Shown: one piece after another, positions 27,166 through 37,636 of the stretch
How positions within the stretch are numbered: position 1 is the first letter of the stretch
How the letters are laid out: each line of letters begins with the position of its first letter
Assembly: GCA_020356105.1 (NCBI GenBank)
Contig: CP070634.1
Span: 3,408,360 to 3,445,995 of the forward strand
Origin: Rhodospirillales bacterium
GTDB lineage: Bacteria; Pseudomonadota; Alphaproteobacteria; UBA8366; JADFVY01
DNA length: 37,636 bases
Direction: 5' to 3'
Made by a program: the position numbers and the translations under genes
Notes under the pieces: generated by a model
What the model was told of the DNA's origin: nothing
Seen by the model: only the letters and a program-made list of their open reading frames with translations
Databases searched by the model: none

Positions 27166-28254
27166 TCATTCGGACAAGACCAACGTGTCTTCCGGTGACC
27201 ACGAGATCCACAGGTCGTCGCCGATCAGGATGCTCGAATCGCTGCGACGGGTCTCATTCTGGATCGTCGTGGTAAACCGCACGCCGGTGTCGGTATCAAG
27301 CAGGATATGGCTCTCGTTGCCATAATACGCGACATCGCTGACCTTGCCCTTGAGGCCGAGCCGGCCCGCGGCGGGTTGTTCTTTCGACAGGCGCGTCTTC
27401 TCGGGCCGTACGGCGATGCCGATCTCGCCCGATGCCGGCCCGTCGTGCGGCACCTCGAAGCGTTCCAACCCCTCGATGTCGATCGCGAGGCGCCCCCCGC
27501 TCAAACCCGCCACCTTTGCCTCGAGCAGGTTCATTTTACCAATGAAATCGGCCACAAACCGGCTGTTTGGATGCTCATAAAGCGTTGCCGGCGCGGCCAC
27601 CTGCCGGACGACACCATGGTCCATCACCGCTGCGCGGTCGGCCATCGACAGCGCCTCGTCCTGATCGTGCGTTACGATGACGAAGGTGATCCCCACCGAA
27701 TGCTGCAAATGGACAAGCTCGAGCCGCATCGCTTCGCGAAGCTTGGCGTCGAGCGCGCTCAGCGGCTCATCGAGCAGTAGCACTTTGGGTTTCTTGACCA
27801 GGGCCCGGGCGAGTGCAACACGTTGCCGCTGCCCGCCGGACAATTGATCCGGCTTGCGTCGCCCGAAATCCTCGAGATGCACCAGGGTCAGCGCTTCCTT
27901 TACCCGCTCAGCGATCTCCGACTTGCCGACTCCCGTCACCTTCAGACCGTAGGCGACATTGTCGAATACCGTCATATGCGGAAACACCGCATAGGATTGA
28001 AACACCATATTGACGGGTCGCCGGTTGGGGGGAACCCCGAGCATCGGCTGCCCGTCGATCTCGATTTCGCCTTCGCTGGTCGTTTCGAATCCGGCAAGCA
28101 TTCGCAGCAACGTCGTCTTGCCGCATCCCGAAGGCCCCAGCAACGCAAAGAATTCGCCCTGCCTGATATCGATCGAGACGTCGTCGACAGCCGTTACGCT
28201 GCCGAACCGCTTGGTCACGTTGCGTACGCGGATGATTGGGGCCTGCTCGGTCAT
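27166..28254 (-). CDS. Polyamine ABC transporter ATP-binding protein (PotA/PotG-like)
   Basis: GPSGCGKT, LSGGQRQR, LLLDEPLSALD, TOBE-like tail; ATGA overlap. Confidence 0.92.
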   Translation of the reverse strand: MTEQAPIIRVRNVTKRFGSVTAVDDVSIDIRQGEFFALLGPSGCGKTTLLRMLAGFETTSEGEIEIDGQPMLGVPPNRRPVNMVFQSYAVFPHMTVFDNVAYGLKVTGVGKSEIAERVKEALTLVHLEDFGRRKPDQLSGGQRQRVALARALVKKPKVLLLDEPLSALDAKLREAMRLELVHLQHSVGITFVIVTHDQDEALSMADRAAVMDHGVVRQVAAPATLYEHPNSRFVADFIGKMNLLEAKVAGLSGGRLAIDIEGLERFEVPHDGPASGEIGIAVRPEKTRLSKEQPAAGRLGLKGKVSDVAYYGNESHILLDTDTGVRFTTTIQNETRRSDSSILIGDDLWISWSPEDTLVLSE

Positions 28255-29099
28255 TCCTGTCGTCCCTTCGCCCAGCGCGATTGCATGATCATGGCGATGA
28301 GAGTCAACGAGAGCGTGATGACGATGAGCACCGTCGAGGCCGCGTTCACCTCCGGGGTCACGCTGAAGCGCAGCATAGAGTAAATCTTGATCGGGAATGT
28401 CGTCGACCCGACACCGGCGGTGAAGAAGGTAATGACGAAATCGTCCAGGGAAAGCACGAAGGCCATCAATGCGCCCGCCACCAGGCCCGGCACCATGTAC
28501 GGGAAGGTTATGTGCCAGAACGTCTGCCACTCGCTGGCCCCGAGGTCGTGGCTGGCCTCCTCCAACGAAACGTCGAATCCCGCCATGCGCGCCCGGATCA
28601 CGACCGCCACGAAGGGAATGGTGAACGCGATGTGGCTGACGGTGATGGTGATCAGGCTCAGATCCATATTGATGGCATTGAAAAAGACCAGCATCGCGAC
28701 GCCCATGCAGATTTCCGGTATGACGATGGGCAGGTGCGCCACGCCTTCATAGGTCCCCTTCCACGGGAAACGATAGCGATAGAGTGCCAGACCCAGCATC
28801 GCGCCGAGCGCCGTCGAGACAAGGGTCGAGGTGCCGGCGACAATCATCGAGTTGACAAAGGCATCGTGCAGCGACGCGTTGTTGAACGCCTTTTCGTAGT
28901 ATTTCCAGGTAAAGCCCCGCCATGTGATGTTCCGTCTGGAGTCGTTGAAACTGAATGCGATCAACGTGACGATCGGGAAATATAGAAAAACGAAGCTGGC
29001 AAGCAGGGTAAGCTGCATCCACGGGCGCTTGAGGTACTCCAACGGATTGGTTCCGCGCACGCGGCGGCGGCGCATCGACCGCGCTGGCAAAGTGCTCAC
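28251..29099 (-). CDS. Polyamine ABC permease (PotC/PotI-like)
   Basis: FLYFPI....FSFN, LEEAS.DLGA, SLDDFVITFF, PEVNA; GTGA overlap. Confidence 0.9.
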   Translation of the reverse strand: MSTLPARSMRRRRVRGTNPLEYLKRPWMQLTLLASFVFLYFPIVTLIAFSFNDSRRNITWRGFTWKYYEKAFNNASLHDAFVNSMIVAGTSTLVSTALGAMLGLALYRYRFPWKGTYEGVAHLPIVIPEICMGVAMLVFFNAINMDLSLITITVSHIAFTIPFVAVVIRARMAGFDVSLEEASHDLGASEWQTFWHITFPYMVPGLVAGALMAFVLSLDDFVITFFTAGVGSTTFPIKIYSMLRFSVTPEVNAASTVLIVITLSLTLIAMIMQSRWAKGRQE

Positions 29100-30010
29100 A
29101 CCTCCGCCCTCCGGCGCGTCCGGTATCTCGCCACCATCGCGTTGATCACGAAGAAGATGAACACCGGGTACATGATCATGAAGGAAAGGGCCGAGCCGAA
29201 CGGCCAATCGCGCGCCGCGCCGTATTCGCGGGCGATCAGGTTGCCGATCATCAGGCTGTCGGTTCCCCCCAGGAGATCAGGCACGAGGAAATTGCCCATC
29301 GAGAGTATGAAGACCAGCAGCGCCCCCGAGACGATTCCGGGCATGACCAGCGGCACGAGCACCGAAAAGAACGTCCGCCACTGCCCGGCCCCAAGATCGA
29401 GACTCGCCTCGAGATACGAGCGGTCGAGTTTTTCCAGCGTCGCATAGAGCGGCAAGATGAGAAATGGCAGATGCACGTACACCAGGCCGATCACGACGGC
29501 ATACTGGTTGTACAGGAGCTCCAGCGGGACAAACTCTCCCAGAGCAGCCGGAAATCCGGCAAGGGCGAAGAGCCAGTTCGCCTTCTCATGGACCCATTCG
29601 AGGCCGAAATTGAGGAAGCCGCGCGTGCGCAGAACGGCGATCCAAGCATAGGTCCGAATCAGAAGGTTCGTGAAGAACGGTAGAACGACGATCAGCAGAA
29701 GCGGATTCTTCCAACGACTCGGCGCGAAGGCGATCCCCATCGCAACCGGGAATCCGACGACCAGGCAAACGGCGGTACTGATGGCGCCGATCCAGATCGA
29801 TTTGAGCATGATGCCAAGGTGGATCGGCTCGATCGCGCGCAGATAGTTCTCGAAGCTCAGCGCTAGGTAGGTCTGCCCCTGCGGCCCGCGCTCGCCGAAG
29901 CTGTAAACCCAGACGAGAATCAGTGGAATCACAAAGAACAGCAACAGCCAGAAGCTGGCCGGGCCGAGGAAGATCGCGAACGCACCCTTGTTCTTGCGCC
30001 AGTCTTCCAT
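29096..30010 (-). CDS. Polyamine ABC permease (PotB/PotH-like)
   Basis: LPFFTNLLIRTYAW, LPFLILPLY, EASLDLGA, DWPFGSA. Confidence 0.9.
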   Translation of the reverse strand: MEDWRKNKGAFAIFLGPASFWLLLFFVIPLILVWVYSFGERGPQGQTYLALSFENYLRAIEPIHLGIMLKSIWIGAISTAVCLVVGFPVAMGIAFAPSRWKNPLLLIVVLPFFTNLLIRTYAWIAVLRTRGFLNFGLEWVHEKANWLFALAGFPAALGEFVPLELLYNQYAVVIGLVYVHLPFLILPLYATLEKLDRSYLEASLDLGAGQWRTFFSVLVPLVMPGIVSGALLVFILSMGNFLVPDLLGGTDSLMIGNLIAREYGAARDWPFGSALSFMIMYPVFIFFVINAMVARYRTRRRAEV

Positions 30011-30079
30011 GTGCCTCCCTTACTCCGCGCGCCGCTCGAAAGCCAAACGCTCTCGTGAACCGACAGGCCGAGCCCAACC

Positions 30080-30108
30080 GGCGGGAAGCGCTCGCGACGC
30101 TTCCCGCC
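30080..30108 (-). terminator. 11-bp stem-loop downstream of the binding-protein gene
   Basis: GGCGGGAAGCG-N7-CGCTTCCCGCC; typical position for an SBP mRNA stabiliser. Confidence 0.65.
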
Positions 30109-30132
30109 TGCCACAACTTGCCGGCAACAGCG

Positions 30133-31236
30133 TCAGGAGGCCTGGATCGCCGTCCAGGCCTCGTCATACAGGCGCGTATGCTCGCCGACGCTGAGCAGGG
30201 CCTCGCAGTTCTTCAGCACCTCTTGCGGTGCGAATACCGCCGGATTTTCGGTATATTCCGCCGGCATCCTGTCCTTTGCGTCCTTGTTCGGTGTCGCGAA
30301 GTAGATGGTATTGGCGATCTCCATATGCACATCCACGTCGTGCACGAAGTTGATGAAGTTATGCGCATTCTCGGGGTGAGGCGCACCGGTTGGGATGCAG
30401 AGATTATCGACCCAGACGTTCGAGCCCTCTTGAGGCACGACATAGGTCAGGTCGTCATCCTCTTCCATCACCGCCGCGATGTCGCCGCTCCACTCCATCG
30501 TGATGTCGACTTCGCCAGACAGCAGAAGATCCTGACCATTGTCCTCGGCGAAGGTCTTGATATGCGGCTTGGTGGCGATCAGCAGATCCCGCGCCTTGGC
30601 GATCTCGCTGGCGTTCGTCGTGTTCATGCCGTAGCCGAGATATTTCAGGGCACAGCCAAGGACGGCCCGCATGTCACCAAGATAGGCGATCCGGCCGGAG
30701 TATCTCTTCGCGCGCTCGGGCTCGAAGACGTCGGCCCAGCTGACCAGCGGCCCGTCGACCTTGGATTTCCGGTAGCCCAGCCCGATCGTCCCCCACATGT
30801 AGGGAACGGAGTGCTTCATGCCGGGGTCGTAGGCCGGATTGGTGAAGGCGCCGTCGAGATGCCTGATGTTGGGAATCTTTGAGTGATCGAGCGGCGTCAG
30901 CATATTCAGCGCCAGCATGTCTTCGACCATGTAGTCGCTGGGCACGATCACGTCATAGCCCGGGTTGCCTTCTTTAAGCTTGGCAAACAGTTCCTCGTTA
31001 TCGGCATACAGGTCGTATTGTACCACGATCCCGGTCCGGGCATTGAAGGTCCCCAGCGTCGTCTCGCCGATATAGGTGTCCCAGTTGTAAACGTTCAACC
31101 GCTTCTCCTCGGCGCTCCAACTCCGCCCGGCGGATCCGGCGAAGCTGATTCCGACAGCGGCAGCCGACCCTTGCATGAAGGCGCGGCGCGAGATCCGCGG
31201 AAGAAACCGTCCACGCATCGTTTTCATCTCATTCAT
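30133..31236 (-). CDS. Polyamine ABC substrate-binding protein (PotD/PotF-like) with Tat signal
   Basis: SRRAFM leader, YNWDTYI, GYDVIVPSDY, PYMWGT.G, PQEGS..W.D. Confidence 0.92.
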   Translation of the reverse strand: MNEMKTMRGRFLPRISRRAFMQGSAAAVGISFAGSAGRSWSAEEKRLNVYNWDTYIGETTLGTFNARTGIVVQYDLYADNEELFAKLKEGNPGYDVIVPSDYMVEDMLALNMLTPLDHSKIPNIRHLDGAFTNPAYDPGMKHSVPYMWGTIGLGYRKSKVDGPLVSWADVFEPERAKRYSGRIAYLGDMRAVLGCALKYLGYGMNTTNASEIAKARDLLIATKPHIKTFAEDNGQDLLLSGEVDITMEWSGDIAAVMEEDDDLTYVVPQEGSNVWVDNLCIPTGAPHPENAHNFINFVHDVDVHMEIANTIYFATPNKDAKDRMPAEYTENPAVFAPQEVLKNCEALLSVGEHTRLYDEAWTAIQAS

Positions 31237-31308
31237 CTCCCTACTGATTTATCGAGGACGCTGGAAATGCGTCCTCAACACGCTTTCAAACCTGCAGCAT
31301 TGCGGCAA

Positions 31309-31336
31309 TTGACACAGATATGCATCGGCGTGTCAA
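31309..31336. promoter_or_regulatory. Inverted repeat TTGACAC-N14-GTGTCAA upstream of the polyamine operon
   Basis: Perfect 7-bp arms; contains TTGACA on both strands. Confidence 0.4.
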
Positions 31337-31381
31337 CGCGTGTGAGACACCCGATCCGCCAAAGCGCGCGAACCGGCCCCG

Positions 31382-32593
31382 TCATTCCTCCGACCGCGGG
31401 ACGACACGGACGCCGTCGGAGATCAGGTCGCTCGGATGCAGGACCACCCGGTCGCCTTGCGAAAGTCCGCCGATAATCTCCGCAAACCGATGACTGGCGT
31501 GGCCCACCTCGATATGCCGAAGATGCGCGCGCCCGCCATCGGCGACGAAAACCGCCCAACGACCAGCATCCCGGAACATGGCGCCGAGCGGCAAGACCAG
31601 GACATCTTCCCCGCGCCAGATCACGATGCGCACCTCCACGCGATACCCATGGCCGAGATTGCGCCAACGCTCGGACGGATCCGTGAAATCGATGATCACA
31701 TTGACCCGCTGTTCCTCAATTCCCAGCGCCGAAACCTTCGTGAATCCCGTCGGTTCGACATGACGAACCCGGCCGGACAGCGCATCTCCGCCGCCCCACT
31801 CTTCGATCGCCACGGCAGCCCCTTCCGCGATTCGTACGGCATCGCTCGACAGCAAATCGACGACGATCTCGAGATCGCGCGGATCACCAACTTCGACCAA
31901 AGCCGCACCCGCGGCAACCACGGTCTCGCTTTCATGGACGACGTGCAGGACACGGCCGTCCACCGGCGAGTACACGTCAACACAGCACAAACCGCGGTCG
32001 GACGCAGAACCGGGCCCGCCCGGCTCGATGAGCCCCGCGCGTGCGGTCTCCAGCTCGAATCGGCGAATCTCGACGGTTGCCTCGGCGGTGGCGACGGCCG
32101 CCTTGGCCGTACGCACGGCAAGTCGCGCGCGGTCGAGCTCGCGTTGAGGAACCGTACCGCGCGCCGCGAGCGGCTCGGCCCGGTCCAGTTCCGACTGGGC
32201 AAATTCAAGCTCGGCCATCGCCCGGGCCAACTCCGCCTCGGCCAGTGCGAAAGCGGCCGCCGCGGCCTTGGCGTTCGCTTCGGCCTGCGCCCGGGCGCGC
32301 CGGTCGAGAAACCCCGGATCACTTGGCTGAATCGTGGCGAGAATCGTTTCATCTGCCACCACGACATCGCCCACATGCCGTTGAATGCGTAGCACCCGGC
32401 CCGGAACCGGCGCCGATACCACATAGATTTCGCGGACCCGCGTTCGGCCGTCGCCATCGATCGTGACTGTCAGGTTCCCGCGCTTGATGACGGCCACGTC
32501 CACCGGTACGGCCTGTGGCCAGAAGGCAAAGATCAATCCGCCGGCCACAATAGCGATCGCGGCACCATACCAGGCCATTCGTTTCAAAGTCAT
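31382..32593 (-). CDS. HlyD/MacA-like periplasmic adaptor
   Basis: N-terminal TM, SAPVPGR, Ala-rich coiled coil, SPVDGRVL, TKVSALGIEEQRV. Confidence 0.9.
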   Translation of the reverse strand: MTLKRMAWYGAAIAIVAGGLIFAFWPQAVPVDVAVIKRGNLTVTIDGDGRTRVREIYVVSAPVPGRVLRIQRHVGDVVVADETILATIQPSDPGFLDRRARAQAEANAKAAAAAFALAEAELARAMAELEFAQSELDRAEPLAARGTVPQRELDRARLAVRTAKAAVATAEATVEIRRFELETARAGLIEPGGPGSASDRGLCCVDVYSPVDGRVLHVVHESETVVAAGAALVEVGDPRDLEIVVDLLSSDAVRIAEGAAVAIEEWGGGDALSGRVRHVEPTGFTKVSALGIEEQRVNVIIDFTDPSERWRNLGHGYRVEVRIVIWRGEDVLVLPLGAMFRDAGRWAVFVADGGRAHLRHIEVGHASHRFAEIIGGLSQGDRVVLHPSDLISDGVRVVPRSEE

Positions 32594-32605
32594 TGGCTGG
32601 TTCCC

Positions 32606-34969
32606 CTATTCCCGGGTCTTCAAGACCGCGACGAGGTCCAAGCTGTCAATGCGCCGACGCACGATCAGCCCGCTGATGGTAGCGGATGCCAACACCACGA
32701 GGGCCGCAAAACCGTAGGTCTCTCGCGAAACCGCCAGCGGGATGCGGAAGAGTTCGGTCTCGAAACTCAGCGCCATCGACCAAGCCAGACCGTAGCCAAT
32801 CAGAAATCCCGGCGCCAATGATGCAAGTGCGAGCAATGCGAATTCTCCCAGCAGGATGGCGGAGACCTCGCCCCTGGTGAAGCCGAGCACGCGCAGGCTC
32901 GCCAACTCCCGCCCGCGTTCGGAAAGCGAGATCCGGGCGCTGTTGTAGACCACGCCGAACGCAATCAGACCGGCGAACATGACGTTGAACGTGGTCATCA
33001 GCAGCATGTTCTCGGCCAAGGTTTCGCGAAAACTCTCCACCGCCGCCGTCTCGATCGTAACGCCAGCGACAGCCGGTGTGTTCTTCAGCGCGTCGTAAAG
33101 CGCCGTCTCGAGACGTGAATCTGTCTGCAGATAGGCGAGCGATATTACCGGCGGCTCCGCCATGAACCGATTTAGCGCGGCGATATCCATATAAGCGGAT
33201 GTCCCGAGAAATTCCTCGACCACGGCGGACACCGGGAGCCGGGCGACCGGGCGGCGACCCTCCATCGCATGGACTTCCAGCCGGTCCCCGCGGCCGACGT
33301 CGAGCACCTCGGCGAGCTTTGCTGACAGGACCAGCCCGGACGGCGGCATCGAGACAGGATTGAGATCGTGGTCGATCAGCCGGCCCAGGTCGCTTTCCGC
33401 CGTGAGCCCGATCAGCGCGGTGCGGCGGGAGCGATGCCCGTTGCGCATGCGCACGGCAACCGCGCGCACCGGCTCGACCCGCATGACGCCGGGCATTCGG
33501 GCCAACTCGCGAACGATCCCGATGGGCTTCGTCTCGGCCAGCGCGACGGTCAGGTCTTGGCGATGAATGCGGTTGAACTGCACGTCGATGATAACCTCGA
33601 TCGAATCCATCATGAACATCGAGCTGATCAGGATCGCGGCCGACATGGCGATGCCGACGGTCGTCAACCCGGCGCGCAGGGGGCGTCGCATGATATGACG
33701 CAGGATCATCCGGGCGGCCTGCGTCAGGTAAGTATCAAGCCCAAGCCGCTCGACCAGCGTCTTCCGGTAGACGGGCGGCGGCGCTGGTTGCATCGCCACG
33801 GCCGGCGGCAGCATGGCGGCTCGGCGCACGGCGCTCAGCGTGCCGGCCAGACCGGCGCCGATGCTGATCAGCGCAGCGACCGCGAAGGTCCGCGGTTCGA
33901 TCCGGAAATATAGGATCGGGAACCGGAAGAACTCGGCGTAAAGCTCGGTCAGGCCGCGGCCCAGCCAGCCGCCGCCGGCGAAGCCCAGCAGAACCCCGAC
34001 GGTCACGATCGCGAGCATGAGCTTGGTGTAGTGCCAGGCCACGGCCCGCCCGGAGTAGCCGAATGCCTTGAGGAGGCCGATCTGCTCGCGCTCGGTCGCG
34101 ACCAGGCGCGATACGACGATATTCAGGAGAAACGCCGCAACCCCCAGGAAGATCAGGGGAGCCACCGTGCCCATCGATTCCAGCTGCTTGAGTTCGTTGG
34201 AAATGTACCAGTGGGACGTCTGGTCGTCTCGCCCGTAGGCCCCCACCCCACCATACGGCTCGAGCAGCCGGTCCAGGTCGTCGATCACCTGCTGCTCCTG
34301 CGCGCCGCGCATCAGCGTCAGAGAGACCGCGTTGAACGAGTCCTCCAGATCATACGCGGCGGCCAGCGCTTCGCGGCCGATCCAGATGATCCCGAAGAGC
34401 CGGTCGTCCGGCATGATGGCACCGGGCCCCAGCGCATAGATGTGCTCGGGCGAGAGCGCCACGCCGACGACGTCCAGCCGGCGCTTGCGACCGTTGATCA
34501 CCGCATGCAGGTAGCCGCCGGGGAGCAACCCGTGCGCCTGCGAGAACGCCTCGTTGAGGACAACCTCCGCGGTGCGGCCGGGTTCGACGCTCCGCCCTAT
34601 TCGCATATGCAGCTTGTTTAAATCTGGTGCGTGCCGCTCCGGGATCGAGATCAGGAGCCCGCGCGCCGGTTCCGCCATCCCGGCGATATCGAGCATCACG
34701 TTCGATACGATTCGCGTCTCCACGCGGGCGACGCCCGGAATGGCGGCGATCCGGCGCGCCAGCCGGTCGGGCGCGCGCTTGACCGTGGCGAAGACCTGCG
34801 CGAACCGGTAGCGCTCGTAATAGGCGGCCCTGGATTCGTCGAGCGAGCGCAAGGTTCCCAGCGACATCACGTACATCGCAACGCCGCAGCCGATCACCAG
34901 CGCGATGGCCAGCGCCTGCAGCCAGATTCGGCGGAGATCGCGGCGGAGCTTCCGGTCGAGCGCGCGCAT
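32606..34969 (-). CDS. FtsX/MacB-like ABC permease, tandem-duplicated
   Basis: [47 protein letters not shown]. Confidence 0.9.
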   Translation of the reverse strand: MRALDRKLRRDLRRIWLQALAIALVIGCGVAMYVMSLGTLRSLDESRAAYYERYRFAQVFATVKRAPDRLARRIAAIPGVARVETRIVSNVMLDIAGMAEPARGLLISIPERHAPDLNKLHMRIGRSVEPGRTAEVVLNEAFSQAHGLLPGGYLHAVINGRKRRLDVVGVALSPEHIYALGPGAIMPDDRLFGIIWIGREALAAAYDLEDSFNAVSLTLMRGAQEQQVIDDLDRLLEPYGGVGAYGRDDQTSHWYISNELKQLESMGTVAPLIFLGVAAFLLNIVVSRLVATEREQIGLLKAFGYSGRAVAWHYTKLMLAIVTVGVLLGFAGGGWLGRGLTELYAEFFRFPILYFRIEPRTFAVAALISIGAGLAGTLSAVRRAAMLPPAVAMQPAPPPVYRKTLVERLGLDTYLTQAARMILRHIMRRPLRAGLTTVGIAMSAAILISSMFMMDSIEVIIDVQFNRIHRQDLTVALAETKPIGIVRELARMPGVMRVEPVRAVAVRMRNGHRSRRTALIGLTAESDLGRLIDHDLNPVSMPPSGLVLSAKLAEVLDVGRGDRLEVHAMEGRRPVARLPVSAVVEEFLGTSAYMDIAALNRFMAEPPVISLAYLQTDSRLETALYDALKNTPAVAGVTIETAAVESFRETLAENMLLMTTFNVMFAGLIAFGVVYNSARISLSERGRELASLRVLGFTRGEVSAILLGEFALLALASLAPGFLIGYGLAWSMALSFETELFRIPLAVSRETYGFAALVVLASATISGLIVRRRIDSLDLVAVLKTRE

Positions 34970-34973
34970 CGCG

Positions 34974-35729
<756 letters not shown>

Positions 35730-36045
35730 CACCTGCCCATCCTCGCGCCTTGTTACCGCATCTCAGGCGTCCTCGCCTTGCGCTAGCGCAATCCGCCGCC
35801 AGCCGGCCCGCACACGGCATTCGCGGCGGCCGATCGGCGACATTCGAGCACATACTATGCGCCATGGGACACAATGCCGCAGCGCAAGCGGATACAAATT
35901 ATACACCATTTTTGGTATAAAATTTGGAGGTGGTCGCCAAGCCACCGCCACATCCGGGTGGGGACCGGGCCGCCGCGCCGGGGCGCTCCGTCCTGGCCGC
36001 AAACGCGGAGATCTCCACCCCCTCCCAGCGGAGGTCCGACCTGCG

Positions 36046-36726
36046 ATGAAGATCCTTATCGTCGACGAACACGCGCTGTTTCGCCAGGGTGTCGCGATCC
36101 TGCTGCGCGATCTCTATCCCGGCGCCGCAATCCTCGAGGCCGCCGGCGCACCCGAGGCCCTCGTCGCCGCGCGCCTCAACAAGGACATCCGGCTGGTCCT
36201 GGGCGATCTAAGGGCGGACGCCACGCCCGACTTCCAGGCCCTCAAGCGCCTGGTCAAGGCGCTGCCCGGCGCGGCCGTCGCGATCCTCTCGGAATCGGAC
36301 GCCGCGGGCGATATCGCGCGCGCCTACCGGGCCGGGGCCCGCGGCTACATCCTGAAATCGTCGAGCTCGGCGACCCTTCGGCACGCCCTGCCGCTGATGC
36401 TGGCCGGCGAGATCTACATCCCGTCGAGCGCGGTCACGATGCTCACCGATGCCGCCGTCGCAAGGCCCGCCCGGCCCGCCGGGGCGGGCGCGCGACCGTC
36501 GCTGACGCCGCGCCAGCACGAGATCCTACTGCTGATGGCGCGGGGGCTGCAGAACCGGGACATCGCCGCCGAGTTGGGCATGCTCGAGGGCACCGTCAAG
36601 GTGCACGTCAAGAGCATATTGAGCCGGCTGGGCGTCAACAATCGGACCCAGGCCGTGGTGGCCGGGCTGCGACGCGGCCTAGTGCCCGCCAGCCTCGTCC
36701 TGCCGGAGCCGGAGGTCAGCGACTAG
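36046..36726 (+). CDS. NarL/LuxR-family response regulator
   Basis: MKILIVDEH, receiver Asp in LGDL, GYILK, HTH LTPRQ.EIL.LMA.G..N.DIA..L...EGTVK.HV; GGAGG upstream. Confidence 0.9.
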   Translation: MKILIVDEHALFRQGVAILLRDLYPGAAILEAAGAPEALVAARLNKDIRLVLGDLRADATPDFQALKRLVKALPGAAVAILSESDAAGDIARAYRAGARGYILKSSSSATLRHALPLMLAGEIYIPSSAVTMLTDAAVARPARPAGAGARPSLTPRQHEILLLMARGLQNRDIAAELGMLEGTVKVHVKSILSRLGVNNRTQAVVAGLRRGLVPASLVLPEPEVSD

Positions 36727-36742
36727 CCGCCGCGCGGCCCTG

Positions 36743-37636
36743 TCACCGCCCTTTCGGGATCGCGGCCGGTTCGCCGGCCGGCGCGCGCACGAGCCGGAGC
36801 AGCGCCAGCGGCCCGGCCAGCGTCAGCACGGCGATCGCCGCGAAGCCGGCGCCCCAGGACGAGACGGTCTCGCCGCCGCCGGACAGGTCGAGCACGACGC
36901 CGAGCAGCAGCGGGCCGACGGCGCCGCCGCCGAAGCCGAGGCAGGAATGTAGCGCCATCGTCGCGCCGCGCGCGCCCTCATCGGCGGCGCCGATCGTGCC
37001 GGCAGTCAGCGCCGAGGAATCCATCGCGATCAGGGTGCCGTAGACGAGGCAGAACAGCGTCGCCGCCGGGAACGAAATCGCCGGCGAGATGCCGGTCAGC
37101 ATCGCCGCCAGCGCCGTTGCCAGCATCACCGCCAGCACGACCCGCCGCCGGCCGTAGCGAATCGCCAGCTCGTTGCCGATGATGCTGGACGGCAGCGCGA
37201 CCAGGCTGACGACGGCGCTGATCAGCGGGATGTCCCAGCCCGCGGCGGTCACCGGGTGGAGGGCGGCCGTGAAGGTGAGGAAGGCGACGACCCAGGACAG
37301 GAAGACGAACAGCTCGCCGGTGTGCAGCGTGTAGGCGAAGATGTATCCCATCGCCCGCCGGTTGGCGAAGACGGGCCGGAAATCCGGCACCCGGAACCAG
37401 TCGCGCAGGCGCGACGAATCCTGGGCCGGCCGCAGCACCGTCGAAGCGATGGCAAGCCCGACCAGCGGCCCGACGCACATCGCACCGAACGCCCAGCGCC
37501 AGCCATACGCCGCGGCGATCGCGCCGGACAGCCAGAACGAGGCGCCCACGCCGAGCGCGTAGCTCGCCGTGTAGAAGGAGACGGCGCGCGATGGATGGGT
37601 CCCCCGGTAGCGGTCGAGCAGCGCCTTCAAGCCCGG
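36743..37636 (-). CDS. MFS transporter (5' truncated by window edge)
   Basis: Multiple TM helices, GWRWAF, YGRRR loop, GATMALHS..GF. Confidence 0.85.
   Translation of the reverse strand, partial: PGLKALLDRYRGTHPSRAVSFYTASYALGVGASFWLSGAIAAAYGWRWAFGAMCVGPLVGLAIASTVLRPAQDSSRLRDWFRVPDFRPVFANRRAMGYIFAYTLHTGELFVFLSWVVAFLTFTAALHPVTAAGWDIPLISAVVSLVALPSSIIGNELAIRYGRRRVVLAVMLATALAAMLTGISPAISFPAATLFCLVYGTLIAMDSSALTAGTIGAADEGARGATMALHSCLGFGGGAVGPLLLGVVLDLSGGGETVSSWGAGFAAIAVLTLAGPLALLRLVRAPAGEPAAIPKGR

Overview
High-GC alphaproteobacterial window (divK, eipB, Zn-ribbon dinB, soeABC). Most of it is recognisable metabolism: a cytoplasmic sulfite dehydrogenase soeABC with a rhodanese, glyoxylate/glycerate enzymes, an agmatine uptake and catabolism operon (pot-type ABC, aguA, aguB), an FtsX/MacB-type exporter, and archease-rtcB. 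The main candidate for an undescribed system is at 15778-19360, two tandem cassettes. Each pairs a small peptide, whose twin-arginine-like leader carries a YxxPxL motif (the RRE/PqqD docking motif of lasso leaders), with an HprK-like P-loop kinase fused to a C-terminal PqqD/RRE domain. Peptide 1 has a 76-aa acidic Ser/Thr repeat core. No lasso cyclase, protease or rSAM gene is in the window, which suggests a kinase-only, probably exported, poly-phosphorylated RiPP-like product. Also noted: a natural antitoxin-toxin fusion, a qmcA remnant, a GT4 lacking its catalytic motifs behind a sigma54-like promoter, and a shared operator-like motif before soeA and the rhodanese. All family calls come from motif recognition by eye; no searches were run.
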